Assembly (NCBI GenBank): GCA_963760795.1
Contig: CAVXEP010000015.1
Span: forward strand, 106,239-170,238
From: an uncultured delta proteobacterium
Lineage (GTDB): Bacteria > Desulfobacterota > Binatia > UBA9968
Reading direction: 5' to 3'
Length of the DNA stretch: 64,000 nt
Below are positions 20,046 through 30,606 of this stretch, one piece after another. Numbering within the stretch: the first letter of the stretch is position 1; each line of letters starts with the position of its first letter. Made by a program: the position numbers and the translations under genes. The notes beneath the pieces are model-generated. The model ran no database searches. It was not told where the DNA came from and was given only the letters and a program-made list of their open reading frames with translations.

Positions 20046-20723
20046 ATGACACAATCGTGGTTATCTCTATCACTGCTATTTCTGGCGTTCATATCGACGA
20101 ACGGCGACGCCCAAGACGCAGCCAAGCGCGATCATCAACGAATGGATCGCCTGCACAATGATCCCAAAGCGTACATGAAAGCTTTGGAGGACCCCAAGCG
20201 CGATGAATATCAGAAACCTCATGAGGTCCTGAGCGCGCTCAACATCAAGCCCGGCGAAACCATCGCCGATATCGGCGCCGGCACGGGCTATTTCACATTC
20301 CGCCTGGCCCATCATGTCGGCGACAAAGGCAAAGTCTACGCCGTCGACGTCAGCGCCGACATGGTCCGCCACATCAACCGGCGCATCCGCGAAACCAAAT
20401 CGGCCAACGTCGTCTCCATCCTCGCCGACCTGGACGATCCGCTGCTGCCGGACCAATCGGTCAATCGCTTCTTCATCTGCGACGTCTGGCACCATGTCGA
20501 GAATCAAACGAAATATCTCTCGCTGATGAAGAAGATGCTCAAACCCGGCGGCGAGATCGTCATGATCGACTTTCACAAAAAAGAACTCCCCTTCGGCCCG
20601 CCGCTGCAAATGAAAATCGCCCGCGAGGATTTGATCAGACAGATGGAAGCCAACGGCTTACGACTCAGCAAAGAACACACCTTCCTGCCGCACCAATATT
20701 TTCTGGTCTTCATGGTGAAATAA
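20046..20723 (+). CDS. Secreted class I SAM-dependent methyltransferase
   Basis: Signal peptide, RDEYQKP, IADIGAGTGYF, VYAVD, LKPGG. Confidence 0.88.
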   Translation: MTQSWLSLSLLFLAFISTNGDAQDAAKRDHQRMDRLHNDPKAYMKALEDPKRDEYQKPHEVLSALNIKPGETIADIGAGTGYFTFRLAHHVGDKGKVYAVDVSADMVRHINRRIRETKSANVVSILADLDDPLLPDQSVNRFFICDVWHHVENQTKYLSLMKKMLKPGGEIVMIDFHKKELPFGPPLQMKIAREDLIRQMEANGLRLSKEHTFLPHQYFLVFMVK

Positions 20724-20836
20724 CCGACGGGCGCAGCATGCAGCGCCCCGACAGTTCTCGCAGGGGCGATTTGCATGCGTTCTCTTCTCTGCGTGCCATA
20801 TGCCCTGAACGCCCTGAGCGCCGTCGAAGGATGCGG

Positions 20837-21937
20837 CTATTTCTCCCTGATTCCGTAGAATTGGATCGCATTCTCATACAAGATCGCGCCTTTTTCCGCT
20901 TCCGACAGTTCGCCATTTTCAATCAACTCGTTCAACTCTTTCTTGCAGGTCGCGGCGTTGACCTCATGTGGAAAGTCGCTCGAATACATGAATGGCTCGT
21001 TGCCGACCATCTGCACTGCTTTACCGATTAACGGCTCGCCGCCTTCGCAGCCGACGAAGATGCGCCGCGCTTTGACATGGCGGATGATGTAGTCGCTGAC
21101 TTTCTCACCGGGCTGTAGTCTTAAATAACTGCCGCGCAAATCGCGCATCACATGAGTATCGTAGGATCGATCGAAGCGTTCCAGGCAGAAAAGCAACCAG
21201 GCGACGCCGCCTTCGAGAAAGCCGAAACGAATCTTCGGGAACCTCTCCAGGACTCCGTTGAAGACCAGCGACGCCAGCGAGATCATTTGTCCCAACGGAT
21301 GGCCAATGGCGTGTACCGCCGCGTAGGGATCGAGGCCGTCCATACCCATGTTGCCATGCACACCGCCATGGATGGCGACGCAGCAACCGAGTTCATTGGC
21401 AGCTTGATAAACCGGGAAATAGGTCGGCGTACCCAGCGGCGGCGCGTGCAAACTATTCGACGGCAGCACTGCGCCGCACATGCCGAGCTTGATCACAGCA
21501 CGGCTAAGCTCATCGGCCGCCGCGCGCGCATTGATCAGCGATTGCGGCAAGAGCGCTAGACCGCAAAAACGCGGACTATGCTGTAAATAGGTCTCGTACA
21601 TCCAATCGTTGTATGCCCGCGTAGCATCGACCGCCCAGTCGGGATTGACGATATTCGCCGAGGCCACGCCCGCGGTCGGATAGAGCACCGTCGTGTCGAT
21701 GCCGACTTCGTCCAAGAACGCCAACCACTCCTGCGGCCCGACTTTGCGGTTAAACGCCCCCGGTGGCATGTCGACCAGATGCCCCGCGTGCAAATGATCG
21801 AAGGGCGGAAACGGATTGAATGGCTGCGCTTTCGCCTTCTCCCGATACGCCTTCGGCATCCGCGCAATGATCGCCGCTGAATCCTCGGCTACGTGGCCGT
21901 CGGCGTCGATGATCTGCCGCTGCTCATTTGTCACCAT
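20837..21937 (-). CDS. Amidohydrolase_2 family protein (decarboxylase/hydrolase)
   Basis: IIDADGHV, VLYPT, RAYNDW, FLEGGVAW, YSSDFPH, ILYENA. Confidence 0.92.
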   Translation of the reverse strand: MVTNEQRQIIDADGHVAEDSAAIIARMPKAYREKAKAQPFNPFPPFDHLHAGHLVDMPPGAFNRKVGPQEWLAFLDEVGIDTTVLYPTAGVASANIVNPDWAVDATRAYNDWMYETYLQHSPRFCGLALLPQSLINARAAADELSRAVIKLGMCGAVLPSNSLHAPPLGTPTYFPVYQAANELGCCVAIHGGVHGNMGMDGLDPYAAVHAIGHPLGQMISLASLVFNGVLERFPKIRFGFLEGGVAWLLFCLERFDRSYDTHVMRDLRGSYLRLQPGEKVSDYIIRHVKARRIFVGCEGGEPLIGKAVQMVGNEPFMYSSDFPHEVNAATCKKELNELIENGELSEAEKGAILYENAIQFYGIREK

Positions 21938-22169
21938 TGTTACACCTCCTACGCCTTTCGTCAGCGTTCCTTCTCCCGTCTGATACTGTGTTGTTATTGT
22001 CATTCCGAGGCCCTTCGACTCCGCTCAGTCTCGTCTCGCGGGAAGGAAAAATACCCAGTGCCCTTCATGAGATAGCAAACCCCACTCCCCACACGCAACG
22101 TCTTTCACGATTGCGCCGATCGTTAGGCCTGTCGTATAGAAGCAATGAGCAAAACCCGGAGGTCATTCA

Positions 22170-23105
22170 ATGAAAATCATGGTCGTCGGCAGCAGCGGCT
22201 ACATCGGCCGCCACGTGGTGAAAAACCTGGCGGCTCAAGGCGCCGAAGTCGTCGCCTTCGACCTCGTGCCCGCGCCGGCGCAGTGGTCGCTGCCTGGCGT
22301 GCCGTTCATCCAAGGCAACATGACTAATCTCGAAGAAGTCATGTCGGCGGTATTGGAGAATGGCATTCAGCGCATGGTCGCGCTGGGCTACTACATGACG
22401 CCGCTGCTCTCGCCCGAATGCCGCGATCTGTTGAACGCCGCCCGCGTCAACATCATTGGCGTGACCAATCTGTTCGAAGCCGCGCGCTTGGCAAAAATCC
22501 AGCGCGTCATCTTCGCCAGCACCGTCGGTATCTTCGGCTACCAAGACGGTTACGGCTCCGAGCCGATCGATGAGAACACCGAATCGCGCGCGCCAAAAAG
22601 CCTTTACGGCCTGATGAAGCTGGTCAACAATGGTTTAGCCGAGCGCTACACCAAGACTTACGGTGTCCAGATCGTCAAAGTCCACTCCGCCGCAGTCATC
22701 GGCCCCGGCAACACTGCATTTTCGAAACGGATGATCCAAGATCCCGCTCTCGGCAAACCCGGCTTCGCCAACTGGCCGTCCAACGGCCCGCGCAACATCG
22801 TCGGCGTCGGCGACATCGCCCAGCTCTACACCAAGATGGCGCTGGCGAGCGAGGTGAAACAAGACACCTACATGGGCACCGGCCCAAGCCCAACCGGTAA
22901 AGATCTCGCCACCCTCGTCAAGAAATATCTACCCAGCGCCGAAATCACCTTCGACGAAAAAGCCCGTATTCCAGCCTGGAACTTCAACAACTCTAAGGCC
23001 ATGAACGAATTCGATTGGAAGATTCAATCGGTAGAGGAAATGGTATTGGATGAAATCAATGGCACAAGGCAAGCGGCAGGATTGTTACGAGTTGGCGCTT
23101 CGTAG
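22170..23105 (+). CDS. NAD-dependent epimerase/dehydratase (extended SDR)
   Basis: GSSGYIG, VNIIGVTNLFEAA, FASTV, YGLMK. Confidence 0.9.
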   Translation: MKIMVVGSSGYIGRHVVKNLAAQGAEVVAFDLVPAPAQWSLPGVPFIQGNMTNLEEVMSAVLENGIQRMVALGYYMTPLLSPECRDLLNAARVNIIGVTNLFEAARLAKIQRVIFASTVGIFGYQDGYGSEPIDENTESRAPKSLYGLMKLVNNGLAERYTKTYGVQIVKVHSAAVIGPGNTAFSKRMIQDPALGKPGFANWPSNGPRNIVGVGDIAQLYTKMALASEVKQDTYMGTGPSPTGKDLATLVKKYLPSAEITFDEKARIPAWNFNNSKAMNEFDWKIQSVEEMVLDEINGTRQAAGLLRVGAS

Positions 23106-23180
23106 GATGGGTGGAGCGAAGCGATAGCCATCACCTCAGAAGACGATGGGTATCGGCACAAGATGCCTCCACCCATCCTA
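23102..23180. repeat. GTAG-type REP doublet (REPIN-like)
   Basis: gtaggatgggtggagcgaagcgatagccatc ... gatgggtatc...ctccacccatccta; related GTAG REPs at 23385, 30690, 35438-35579, 49043-49101 and 54080. Confidence 0.75.
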
Positions 23181-23318
23181 GGGGACTAAATCCCACCGCT
23201 GCGGATTGTCCCACAGAGTCTCGCGCGGCAAATTCGCGGCCAGATCCTTGCAATCATGAACCTCGTTTACCTCTTCTCGGATATGACAGCCAGCGTCGGT
23301 GATCGGAATTTTAATCAT
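23178..23318 (-). pseudogene. 46-aa ORF resembling an internally deleted amidohydrolase_2 gene
   Basis: GGAGG RBS; MIKIPITDAGCHIREE (N-terminal D-x-x-x-H motif) joined to LPRETLWDNPQRWDLVP (C-terminal ILWDNP-like motif). Confidence 0.5.
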
Positions 23319-23553
23319 TCAAACCTCCAGCCAAGTACAGTCTCACCGATCATGCATGCATCTCTGTTTACGACGTTGTCCCGTGTAGGGGCAACCCCCT
23401 GTGGTTGCCCTTCGGGAGGATAAGCGGGGGGCCGGCCTTCAATGAATTAAGTCTTGAGTTGTGGAGTTTGGCGTCTGGCGTTCCGCGAACTCCAAACCCT
23501 AGACGCTAATCCGAGTTGAAATAATCGCGAGATTCTATAGAAAAGACAAACCT

Positions 23554-24210
23554 ATGAACTGGCACGACCCCGTAGATTTCGAAGCCGGCAACCACGGCAA
23601 TAAACCTTTTTCCATCCGTATCCCATCGCTGGTCGTCACCCGCGGCAAAAACGATCGCTTGAACTTTTTGACCGCCATGTGGTTCACCCCCACCGGCGCC
23701 GAGCCGTCGCGCATGATCGTGGCGATTCAGAAAAAAACTTTGACTTACGACTTCCTGCTGGAGCGCGGCGAGTTCGTCATGAGCGCGCCCACCGACAAGA
23801 TGATGGACGTGGTGGTTTTCGCCGGCTACATTTCCGGCCATGATGTCGACAAGTGGGCGGCGGCCAAGCTCACCGCGGTCACGCCGTCGAAAGTCTCCGT
23901 GCCGCTGATCGGCGAAGCGATCGGCAACGTCGAATACAAAGTCGTCAAGCAGATCCCTTTCGACGACGGCATGGACTTGTTCGTCGGCGAAGTCCTCGCC
24001 ACGCATATCCGCAAAGGCGTCATGGAAGGCGAGCTCTATCGCGAGGACGCCAACCCGCTGCTCTACATGGGGACGAAATATGACGAGCAAGGCAAATCCA
24101 CCGGCAAATACTACGCCCATCTGCAAGGCGTCGGCAAAGCCGATTACGATTCGCCGCTGTTGAAAGAATACCTATCGCGTCCCAAACGCCGGCCGGAGAA
24201 AACCGACTGA
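23554..24210 (+). CDS. Flavin reductase-like (FMN-binding split barrel) protein
   Basis: LVVTRG..NFLTAMW, LTYD...GEFV, SGHDVDKW, VPLIGEA, LFVGEV. Confidence 0.85.
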   Translation: MNWHDPVDFEAGNHGNKPFSIRIPSLVVTRGKNDRLNFLTAMWFTPTGAEPSRMIVAIQKKTLTYDFLLERGEFVMSAPTDKMMDVVVFAGYISGHDVDKWAAAKLTAVTPSKVSVPLIGEAIGNVEYKVVKQIPFDDGMDLFVGEVLATHIRKGVMEGELYREDANPLLYMGTKYDEQGKSTGKYYAHLQGVGKADYDSPLLKEYLSRPKRRPEKTD

Positions 24211-24231
24211 GCCGGGATTTCCAATCGAACC

Positions 24232-25215
24232 ATGAAGCGGAATATCACTATCCTGACTATTTTGTTTGTCGCACTCGTCTGCGCCGCTACAGTCAGCGTT
24301 CACGCCCAGGAGCGCGAGAAGCTGCGCGTCAGCACGCTGTTCATCGGCTCGTCCCTAGTGCCGTTCTGGATCGGCCAGGAGCAGGGAATCTTCGCCAAGC
24401 ATGGCATCGACGTCGAACTGATCTGGATGCAGTCCAATCTGTCCACCGCGGCGCTGCTCGCCGGCGAAGTCGATACCGCCTTCGGCACGCCGCAGTCGCT
24501 ATTCGCCGTGCTCGCGGCGAAAAACCCGCCGCCGTTGACCACCATCGGCGCATGGGGTTCCGCTTCGGAGCATTGGTTGGTGGTCAATGCGGCAATCAAA
24601 TCCGGCAAGGATTTAGAAGGCAAAATCATCGGCGTCAGCCGGCCGCGCTCGGCCGACCACGGCTACACCACGGTCATTCTCGAACGCATGGGCATCGATC
24701 CGCGCAAGATCACGTTTCTATCAACCGGCGGTCAGGGACAGCGCGCTGCAGCCGTGGAGGCGGGAACCACGATGGGCAGCTCGTTCAACCGCTATTACAC
24801 TCTCCAGCTTAAACGAAAGGGGTTTCGCGATCTGGCCAAACTCGAACGACCCGACTATCCGTTTCCGCCGTCGATCTTCGTCGCCAAGAAAGACACGCTG
24901 CAAAACAAACGGCGCGCTTTCAAATCCCTGCTCACAGCCATGATGGAGGCGTCGGAACGGCAGAAGAGCAACAAGGAACTTTCGCTGCGGCTGATCCGCA
25001 AACATTTACGCATTCAGAATCCCGAAGTCGTCGAGACGGCCTATGAAGATGGCATCACGCTGAGCTATCCTTATTTCACCGAGCGGCAGTTCAAAATCTC
25101 CCTTGAGCTGCTCGAAAAAAGCATGGAGCAGCCGGTACAGCTCACCTATAAACAAGTGATCGATCACAGCATCCTCGACGAAATTAACCGGCCAGGAATG
25201 AACCGGCCCAACTGA
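24232..25215 (+). CDS. ABC transporter substrate-binding protein (NMT1/SsuA-like)
   Basis: Signal peptide, GIFAKHGIDVEL, AALLAGEVD, DLEGKIIGVS. Confidence 0.9.
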   Translation: MKRNITILTILFVALVCAATVSVHAQEREKLRVSTLFIGSSLVPFWIGQEQGIFAKHGIDVELIWMQSNLSTAALLAGEVDTAFGTPQSLFAVLAAKNPPPLTTIGAWGSASEHWLVVNAAIKSGKDLEGKIIGVSRPRSADHGYTTVILERMGIDPRKITFLSTGGQGQRAAAVEAGTTMGSSFNRYYTLQLKRKGFRDLAKLERPDYPFPPSIFVAKKDTLQNKRRAFKSLLTAMMEASERQKSNKELSLRLIRKHLRIQNPEVVETAYEDGITLSYPYFTERQFKISLELLEKSMEQPVQLTYKQVIDHSILDEINRPGMNRPN

Positions 25216-25292
25216 TCCGCCGGGCGGATCGGTTGCAGCCATTGGCGCTGTGAAATAGACTCCAAGGCCGTGAGAAATAGGAGTATTACGCT

Positions 25293-26390
25293 ATGAGATT
25301 TTCGCTCAAACTCGCCGCTATCGCCGTCGCCATGCTGACAACGCTGGCTGCCGGCAACTTCGCAATGGCTCAGACCTCCGAGGACCTTTGGAAATCTCTT
25401 GAGAAACTTCCCGCCGCCGAGCGCGAGAAAAAGCTCCTCGAAGGCGCCAAAAAAGAAGGCGAGATGGTGTGGTACACCAACTCGGGCATCGAGAACGCGA
25501 CCCGCTACATCCAAGGTTTCAAGAAAAAATACCCGTCCATCAACGCCAACTTCTGGCGCTCAAAGACGCGCCAGGTGACCCAAAGAATCGTAGCGGAAGC
25601 CAACGCCGGCAAACACCTGGTCGACGTCATCAAACCGTCCACCGACCTCCTGCCGATTTTACTCGAACGCAACTTAATCGGTAAATACGACACGCCGCTG
25701 CGGGCGATCTATCCGGCCCATGCCAAGTCGCCGTTTTACACCAACATGAACTACGCCTTCCGAGTGTTCGCCTTCAATCCGCGCAAGGTCAACGCCAAGG
25801 ACGCGCCAAAGAGTTGGGACGACTTGCTCCAACCCAGGTGGAAAAATGAGATTCTCTTTGACGAATCTTCGCTCGAAGAAGTCATGGCGATGCTCGGCGC
25901 CTGGGGCAAAGATCGAACGGTGAATTATTTAACCAGACTGACGCAGCAAAATCTCATGATCCGCGTCGGCCGCGATACCACGACGCAAATGATGATGGCC
26001 GGCGAGGGCAACCTCGCGGTGACGACTTACGCCTACAACAACGAAGGGCTGCGCGCGGCGAATGCACCGGTCGATTGGGTCGCGGAGGATTTGATCCCCG
26101 CCTTGATTTATCCGCTCACTTTGGCGCGCAATGCCCCACATCCTCATGCCGCTGCGCTTTTTTACGACTATTTGATCTCGGAAGAAGGCCAACGCTTGAT
26201 CGCCAGAGAAGGCCGCGTCGTCGCCCATCCCAAAGTCGAGCCGATCTATCCGCGCATGAAGGAGCTGCAAAATCTGCTCGGCACGCCGCGCATCCAACTC
26301 AACACACTGGAGCAAAATGCCAAGCTGTTGAAAGACGGCGTGCAGATCCTCGACGAAGTCGTTTTGAAGCGAAAATCTTCAGGGCACTAA
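25293..26390 (+). CDS. Extracellular solute-binding protein (AfuA/SBP_bac_6-like)
   Basis: LLEGAKKEGEMVWYT, PKSWDDLL, APHPHAAALFYDYLISEEGQ. Confidence 0.9.
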   Translation: MRFSLKLAAIAVAMLTTLAAGNFAMAQTSEDLWKSLEKLPAAEREKKLLEGAKKEGEMVWYTNSGIENATRYIQGFKKKYPSINANFWRSKTRQVTQRIVAEANAGKHLVDVIKPSTDLLPILLERNLIGKYDTPLRAIYPAHAKSPFYTNMNYAFRVFAFNPRKVNAKDAPKSWDDLLQPRWKNEILFDESSLEEVMAMLGAWGKDRTVNYLTRLTQQNLMIRVGRDTTTQMMMAGEGNLAVTTYAYNNEGLRAANAPVDWVAEDLIPALIYPLTLARNAPHPHAAALFYDYLISEEGQRLIAREGRVVAHPKVEPIYPRMKELQNLLGTPRIQLNTLEQNAKLLKDGVQILDEVVLKRKSSGH

Positions 26391-26402
26391 ACGGAGAAGT
26401 TT

Positions 26403-27299
26403 ATGTTTCAAGCTGAGACCCTCGACCATGTCGCCTTCCCGGTGCGCGATCTGCCGCGTTCGGAGAAGTTTTATTTGGAAACCGTCGGTCTGGCATTCAT
26501 GACCCGGCGCAAAAACGCCGACGGCTCGCCGCGCCATACTTATATGAAGGCCGGCGAGAACATCGTTGGCTTGACCTTGCCGGGCGTCGCCGTGCCGGCA
26601 TCGGCGAGCGGCGCGCCGCGTTACGCTCTGGCCATGCCGGATGAGCCGAGCTTTACTGCCGCGGTCGAGAGAATTCGTTCCAGCGGCGTGAAATGTTTCG
26701 ATGTCGAGAGTCCCCCAACGGATTCCCCGATCGTCAAGGCGTTTCAGTTCATCGATCCCGACGACAACCAGATCGAACTTTGCGTGCGCCGCCAACCGCT
26801 GGCGGCCAAGGACGGTATTAGCCATGTGATTTTCGAAACCGCCAACCTCGCCCGCGCGAAGAAGTTTTACACCGAAGCGCTGGGGCTAAAGCTTATCGGC
26901 GAAGTGCGCGGTGAAACGCTATTCGAATTTCAAAACGGCCAAATGGTCGGCGTCAAGGAAGTCAAAGAACTGTCCGAACGGACCAAAAAGAAAGGCCGCG
27001 CCTGCCATGTCGCCTTCAACGTCAGCCAGGAAGATTACGACGTGATGCTCGAACGCATACCAAAACTGGAAGGTAGATCACTCGGCGACTTCCGCGCCAC
27101 CGACGGCCTGCGCCCGGACGGCGAACGAAGCATTTACTTCTTCGACCCCGACACCAATTATTTACAAATCACCGCCCTCGGCGACAAAGAGGCGGGCATG
27201 ATCTCCGACGAAGAGAAATGGAAACTCACCGTCGAAAATCGCCAAAAGCAGGGCCGCGGCATCTCTAGCTTCGATAAAGGTGTAAAGATTCAGAAATAG
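26403..27299 (+). CDS. Two-domain VOC/glyoxalase-superfamily protein
   Basis: LDHVAFPVRDL..FY...DPDDNQIE, then SHVIF...FYTEALG...HVAF...YFFDPDTNYLQ. Confidence 0.88.
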   Translation: MFQAETLDHVAFPVRDLPRSEKFYLETVGLAFMTRRKNADGSPRHTYMKAGENIVGLTLPGVAVPASASGAPRYALAMPDEPSFTAAVERIRSSGVKCFDVESPPTDSPIVKAFQFIDPDDNQIELCVRRQPLAAKDGISHVIFETANLARAKKFYTEALGLKLIGEVRGETLFEFQNGQMVGVKEVKELSERTKKKGRACHVAFNVSQEDYDVMLERIPKLEGRSLGDFRATDGLRPDGERSIYFFDPDTNYLQITALGDKEAGMISDEEKWKLTVENRQKQGRGISSFDKGVKIQK

Positions 27300-27303
27300 C
27301 TTC

Positions 27304-27377
27304 TCACCACGAAGGACACGAAGATCACGAAGTTCGGAATATTATTTTTCCGAAACCTTCGTGCTCTTCGTGGCGAA
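27304..27377. repeat. Palindromic 9-mer element (CACGAAGNN x3 / NNCTTCGTG)
   Basis: tcaccacgaaggacacgaagatcacgaagttcgg...ccttcgtgctcttcgtggcgaa; copies at 29255-29338, 30607-30842, 50832-50938, 53960-54205 and 57632-57712. Confidence 0.88.
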
Positions 27378-27411
27378 TTTTCCATTTTGACATTCTCGCA
27401 AAGGAAGGCCC

Positions 27412-28603
27412 GTGGCATTAGAAAAACCGATCATCCCAACCTTCTCCATGAAAGAACGCGACCGGCGCTGGTCGCTGCTGCGCGCGGCCATGGCGCAGGC
27501 CAATTTCGACGCGCTCATCGCCTTGCCCCACGAGGGCCATTGGGACCAGTTCGGCTGCGACACGCGTTACATCACCCAAATCGGCGGCACTCAAACTGAA
27601 GTAGGCTGCGTGATGCCCTTCGAAGCCGATGTCACCGCCGTGGTGCGGGGCGAAAACGAAATCGAATGGTGGGGCCTGGCACAAGAATGGGTAACAGACA
27701 TTCGTCCATCGCGCCGTTCCTATGGCGAACCGGTCATCGACCGCTTGAAAGAAGTTCGCGCCGAGCGCGTCGGCGTCGTCGCCCTCTCGGGCATGGTACG
27801 CGCCCCGGAAGGCGTCGTGCCCTGGGGAACCTTTGAAAAGATTCGCACGGCGCTGCCGAACGTCAAGTTCGCCAACGCCACCGATGTCATGCAAGAAGTA
27901 CGCTCGGTGAAAAGCGCCGAAGAAGTCGAGTTTCATTGAGAACGCCGCGGAGATCATCGGCCATGCCAATGAAGTCTTGATCCAACACGCCAAGGTCGGA
28001 GTTGGCGAACATGAGCTGATCGCCGAAATGCTGCGCGAAGTGGTGCGCCGCGGCGGCGAACCGATTACCATGATGCTGTTCGGCACCGGCGGGCCGGAAG
28101 TGCCCTGGGCGCAGCGCGTGTTCACGACAAGAAAACTCAAAGCCGGCGACTTGATCAACACCGAGGTCGAAGGCAAATACGCCGGCTACATCGCCCAGGC
28201 ATTGCAACCGATTTCCCTCGGACCAAAGCCAAAAGAATTGGAGAAAATCTACGACGCCACCAAAGTCATTTTCGACCGCATGTTGAAATTTCTGAAACCC
28301 GGCATCAGCTTCGGTGCGGTCGCGAAGTTTTACCAGGACGAAGTCGCCGCCGCCGGCTACGAACCCGACGGCGCGCTCATGCACGGGCGCGGTTTGGGCG
28401 AAGACGCGCCGATGCTCTGGGGCGCGCGCAAGGATTTTCCCGAAAAAGATCAGCGATTGAAAGAAGGTCATGTGTTCATCCTGAAGCCCGCCTGCAAACA
28501 GGGCTTCATGCGCGACTCCATCCGCGCCGGCGACACCGTGGCCATCGAAGCGAGCGGCGCGCGCCGGCTGGGCAAGCGAGATTTGACATTTGTCGCGGTC
28601 TAA
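27412..28603 (+). CDS. M24 (pita-bread fold) family protein with creatinase-like N-domain and atypical active site (frameshift near 27933)
   Basis: FSMKERDRRW, RSVKSAEEV, GDLINTEVEG..AGYIAQ, MHGRGLG, FILKP, GDTVAI..GARRL. Confidence 0.85.
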
Positions 28604-28639
28604 ACATTAGATGCGGTAATTCCCAAACGGAGGATTTCT

Positions 28640-29227
28640 ATGAGCGATGAAAACATCAACCCCGATGCGCCGCTGCATATTCGCGGCTTGAATCATTTAA
28701 CCATTCCCGTCAAAGAGCGCTATCGCGCTGCGCGCTTTTACATCGTCGCCCTGGGCGCGGAGGCGCACCATGAGTCGGCGCCCGATCGTGTCGCCAAGGG
28801 CCTATCACGGTCACTTCAATTTGGCGTACGCATGGCGGCCAATTTCGAGATCGATCTTTTCGAACAAGAGTTTGGCCAACCCGACTGGAACCAGTCTCAT
28901 CCTCATGTGGCTCTCGATACTTCCGCCGACGACCTTGAAAAATGGGCCGAGCATTTCAATAAATGGCGGATTCCGTTCGTCGGCCCAGTGACCCGCTCGG
29001 GAACCAAAGGCGCGGAGATCTATTTCAACGACCCCGACGGCAATCATCTCGAGGTTCATTGCTCCGACGTCCCTGAAGAGAAGCGCAGCAAGTACCACGT
29101 CGGCCCCTACGACAAGAGCCTATGCGTCCACAAAGAAGAATGGCCGCCGAAAGAATTAGCCGATGAAGCGGAGCGATTATTCCAAGCCTCGATCACGCGT
29201 ATGCGCGCGCGTCGAAAACCGCACTGA
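28640..29227 (+). CDS. VOC-family protein
   Basis: IRGLNHLTIPV, HPHVAL, IYFNDPDGNHLE. Confidence 0.9.
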   Translation: MSDENINPDAPLHIRGLNHLTIPVKERYRAARFYIVALGAEAHHESAPDRVAKGLSRSLQFGVRMAANFEIDLFEQEFGQPDWNQSHPHVALDTSADDLEKWAEHFNKWRIPFVGPVTRSGTKGAEIYFNDPDGNHLEVHCSDVPEEKRSKYHVGPYDKSLCVHKEEWPPKELADEAERLFQASITRMRARRKPH

Positions 29228-29370
29228 GACTGGTAGGCAAGTCCGAAAGAATTCTTCACCACGAAGACACGAAGAGCACGAAGTTCGAAAAATTATTGGT
29301 CTCGAATCCTTCGTGTCCTTCGTGACCTTACGTGTTGAACAACTTGAACGACTTAAACGAAAGATTTTCC

Positions 29371-30594
29371 ATGTCCGAGCTGTACCCCTACCCTCGCTTC
29401 TCCCTCGCCGAACGCGACCGCCGCTGGCAAGCAGTGCGGGCGAAAAGATGGCCGAGCAAAACCTCGACGTCATCGTCACGCCGCAGAACACCGGCCATTC
29501 CATGGACTTTCAAGCCAACACCCGCTACTTGACCCATTGCGGCGGCGGCGGCGATGCCGACATCGCCGCGGTGTTTCCCTTGCATGGCGCGGTCACGGCC
29601 ATCGCCACCTCGGCCAATCCGCGCTGGACCACCACGCAGGAGTGGACAACCGATGTTCGCGAAGCGCGCCGCGAGTACGGCAAGATCATCGTCGAGCGCT
29701 TGAAAGAATTAAAGGTCGATCACGGCCGTATCGGCATTACCGGACTGGGCGAGGTCGAGGGCACGCGCACGCCCGAAGGAACGATCCTGCACGGCACCTG
29801 GCAAAGAATCCGCGACGCCTTTCCTAATGCTCAACTCGTCGACGCAACGCCGATCCTGGTCGAGGTGCGCTACATCAAGAGCGCCGAAGAAATCCAAGTG
29901 TTGACGCAATCGATGGCGATAGTCGAAGAGGGGTACAAGGCGGAGATTGAAGCGGCCAGAGCCCGGCGTCCGAGACTGGGATGTTTGGGCCGCGGCGCAG
30001 TACGGCATGATGCGCAACGGCTCGGAGATGCCGGTGCACTGCAACTGGATCTCCGGCAAGAATCCCGTGCGCACCCTCACCCGCCCGAGCATGCGCCTGC
30101 TCGAGCACGGCGACTTGATCATCAATGAACTGGAAGCGAACTGGGTCGGCTACCGCGCCCAAGGCGTGCAGCCGGTTTTTGTCGGCGCGGTCAATCCGGT
30201 GCATCAAGAACTGATCAAAGTCCAGCGCGAAATTTTCAACCGCGTCATGGAACATTTGAAACCCGGCGTCACAGTAAAGGAGCTGGCCGAACTGACGATC
30301 AAGACCGCCGAAAGCGCCGCGCCCAAATCCGGTCCGGCGGCGGGAGCGCGCGGCGATTTGAATATGCATGGCCGCGGCGCCGGCGACGACGGCCCGATTA
30401 TCACCGCCCATGCCAAGAGCCCGCGCCAACTCGGCGTCACGCTGCAAGAAAATATGGTCTACATCTTCAAACCGTCGGCGGTCGCCGCCGACGGCCAATC
30501 CCTCAGCACCTGGGGCGACACCATCGTCGTCACCGCCAGCGGCGGCAAACGCCTCGGCAAACGGCCCCATGATTTAGCGGTGTCGGGTGGTTAG
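29371..30594 (+). CDS. Second atypical M24-family protein (frameshifts near 29445 and 29955)
   Basis: YPRFSLAERDRRW, RYIKSAEEI, LIINELEA..GYRAQ, MHGRGAGDD, YIFKP, WGDTIVV..GGKRL. Confidence 0.85.
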
Positions 30595-30606
30595 TGAATT
30601 CTCGGC

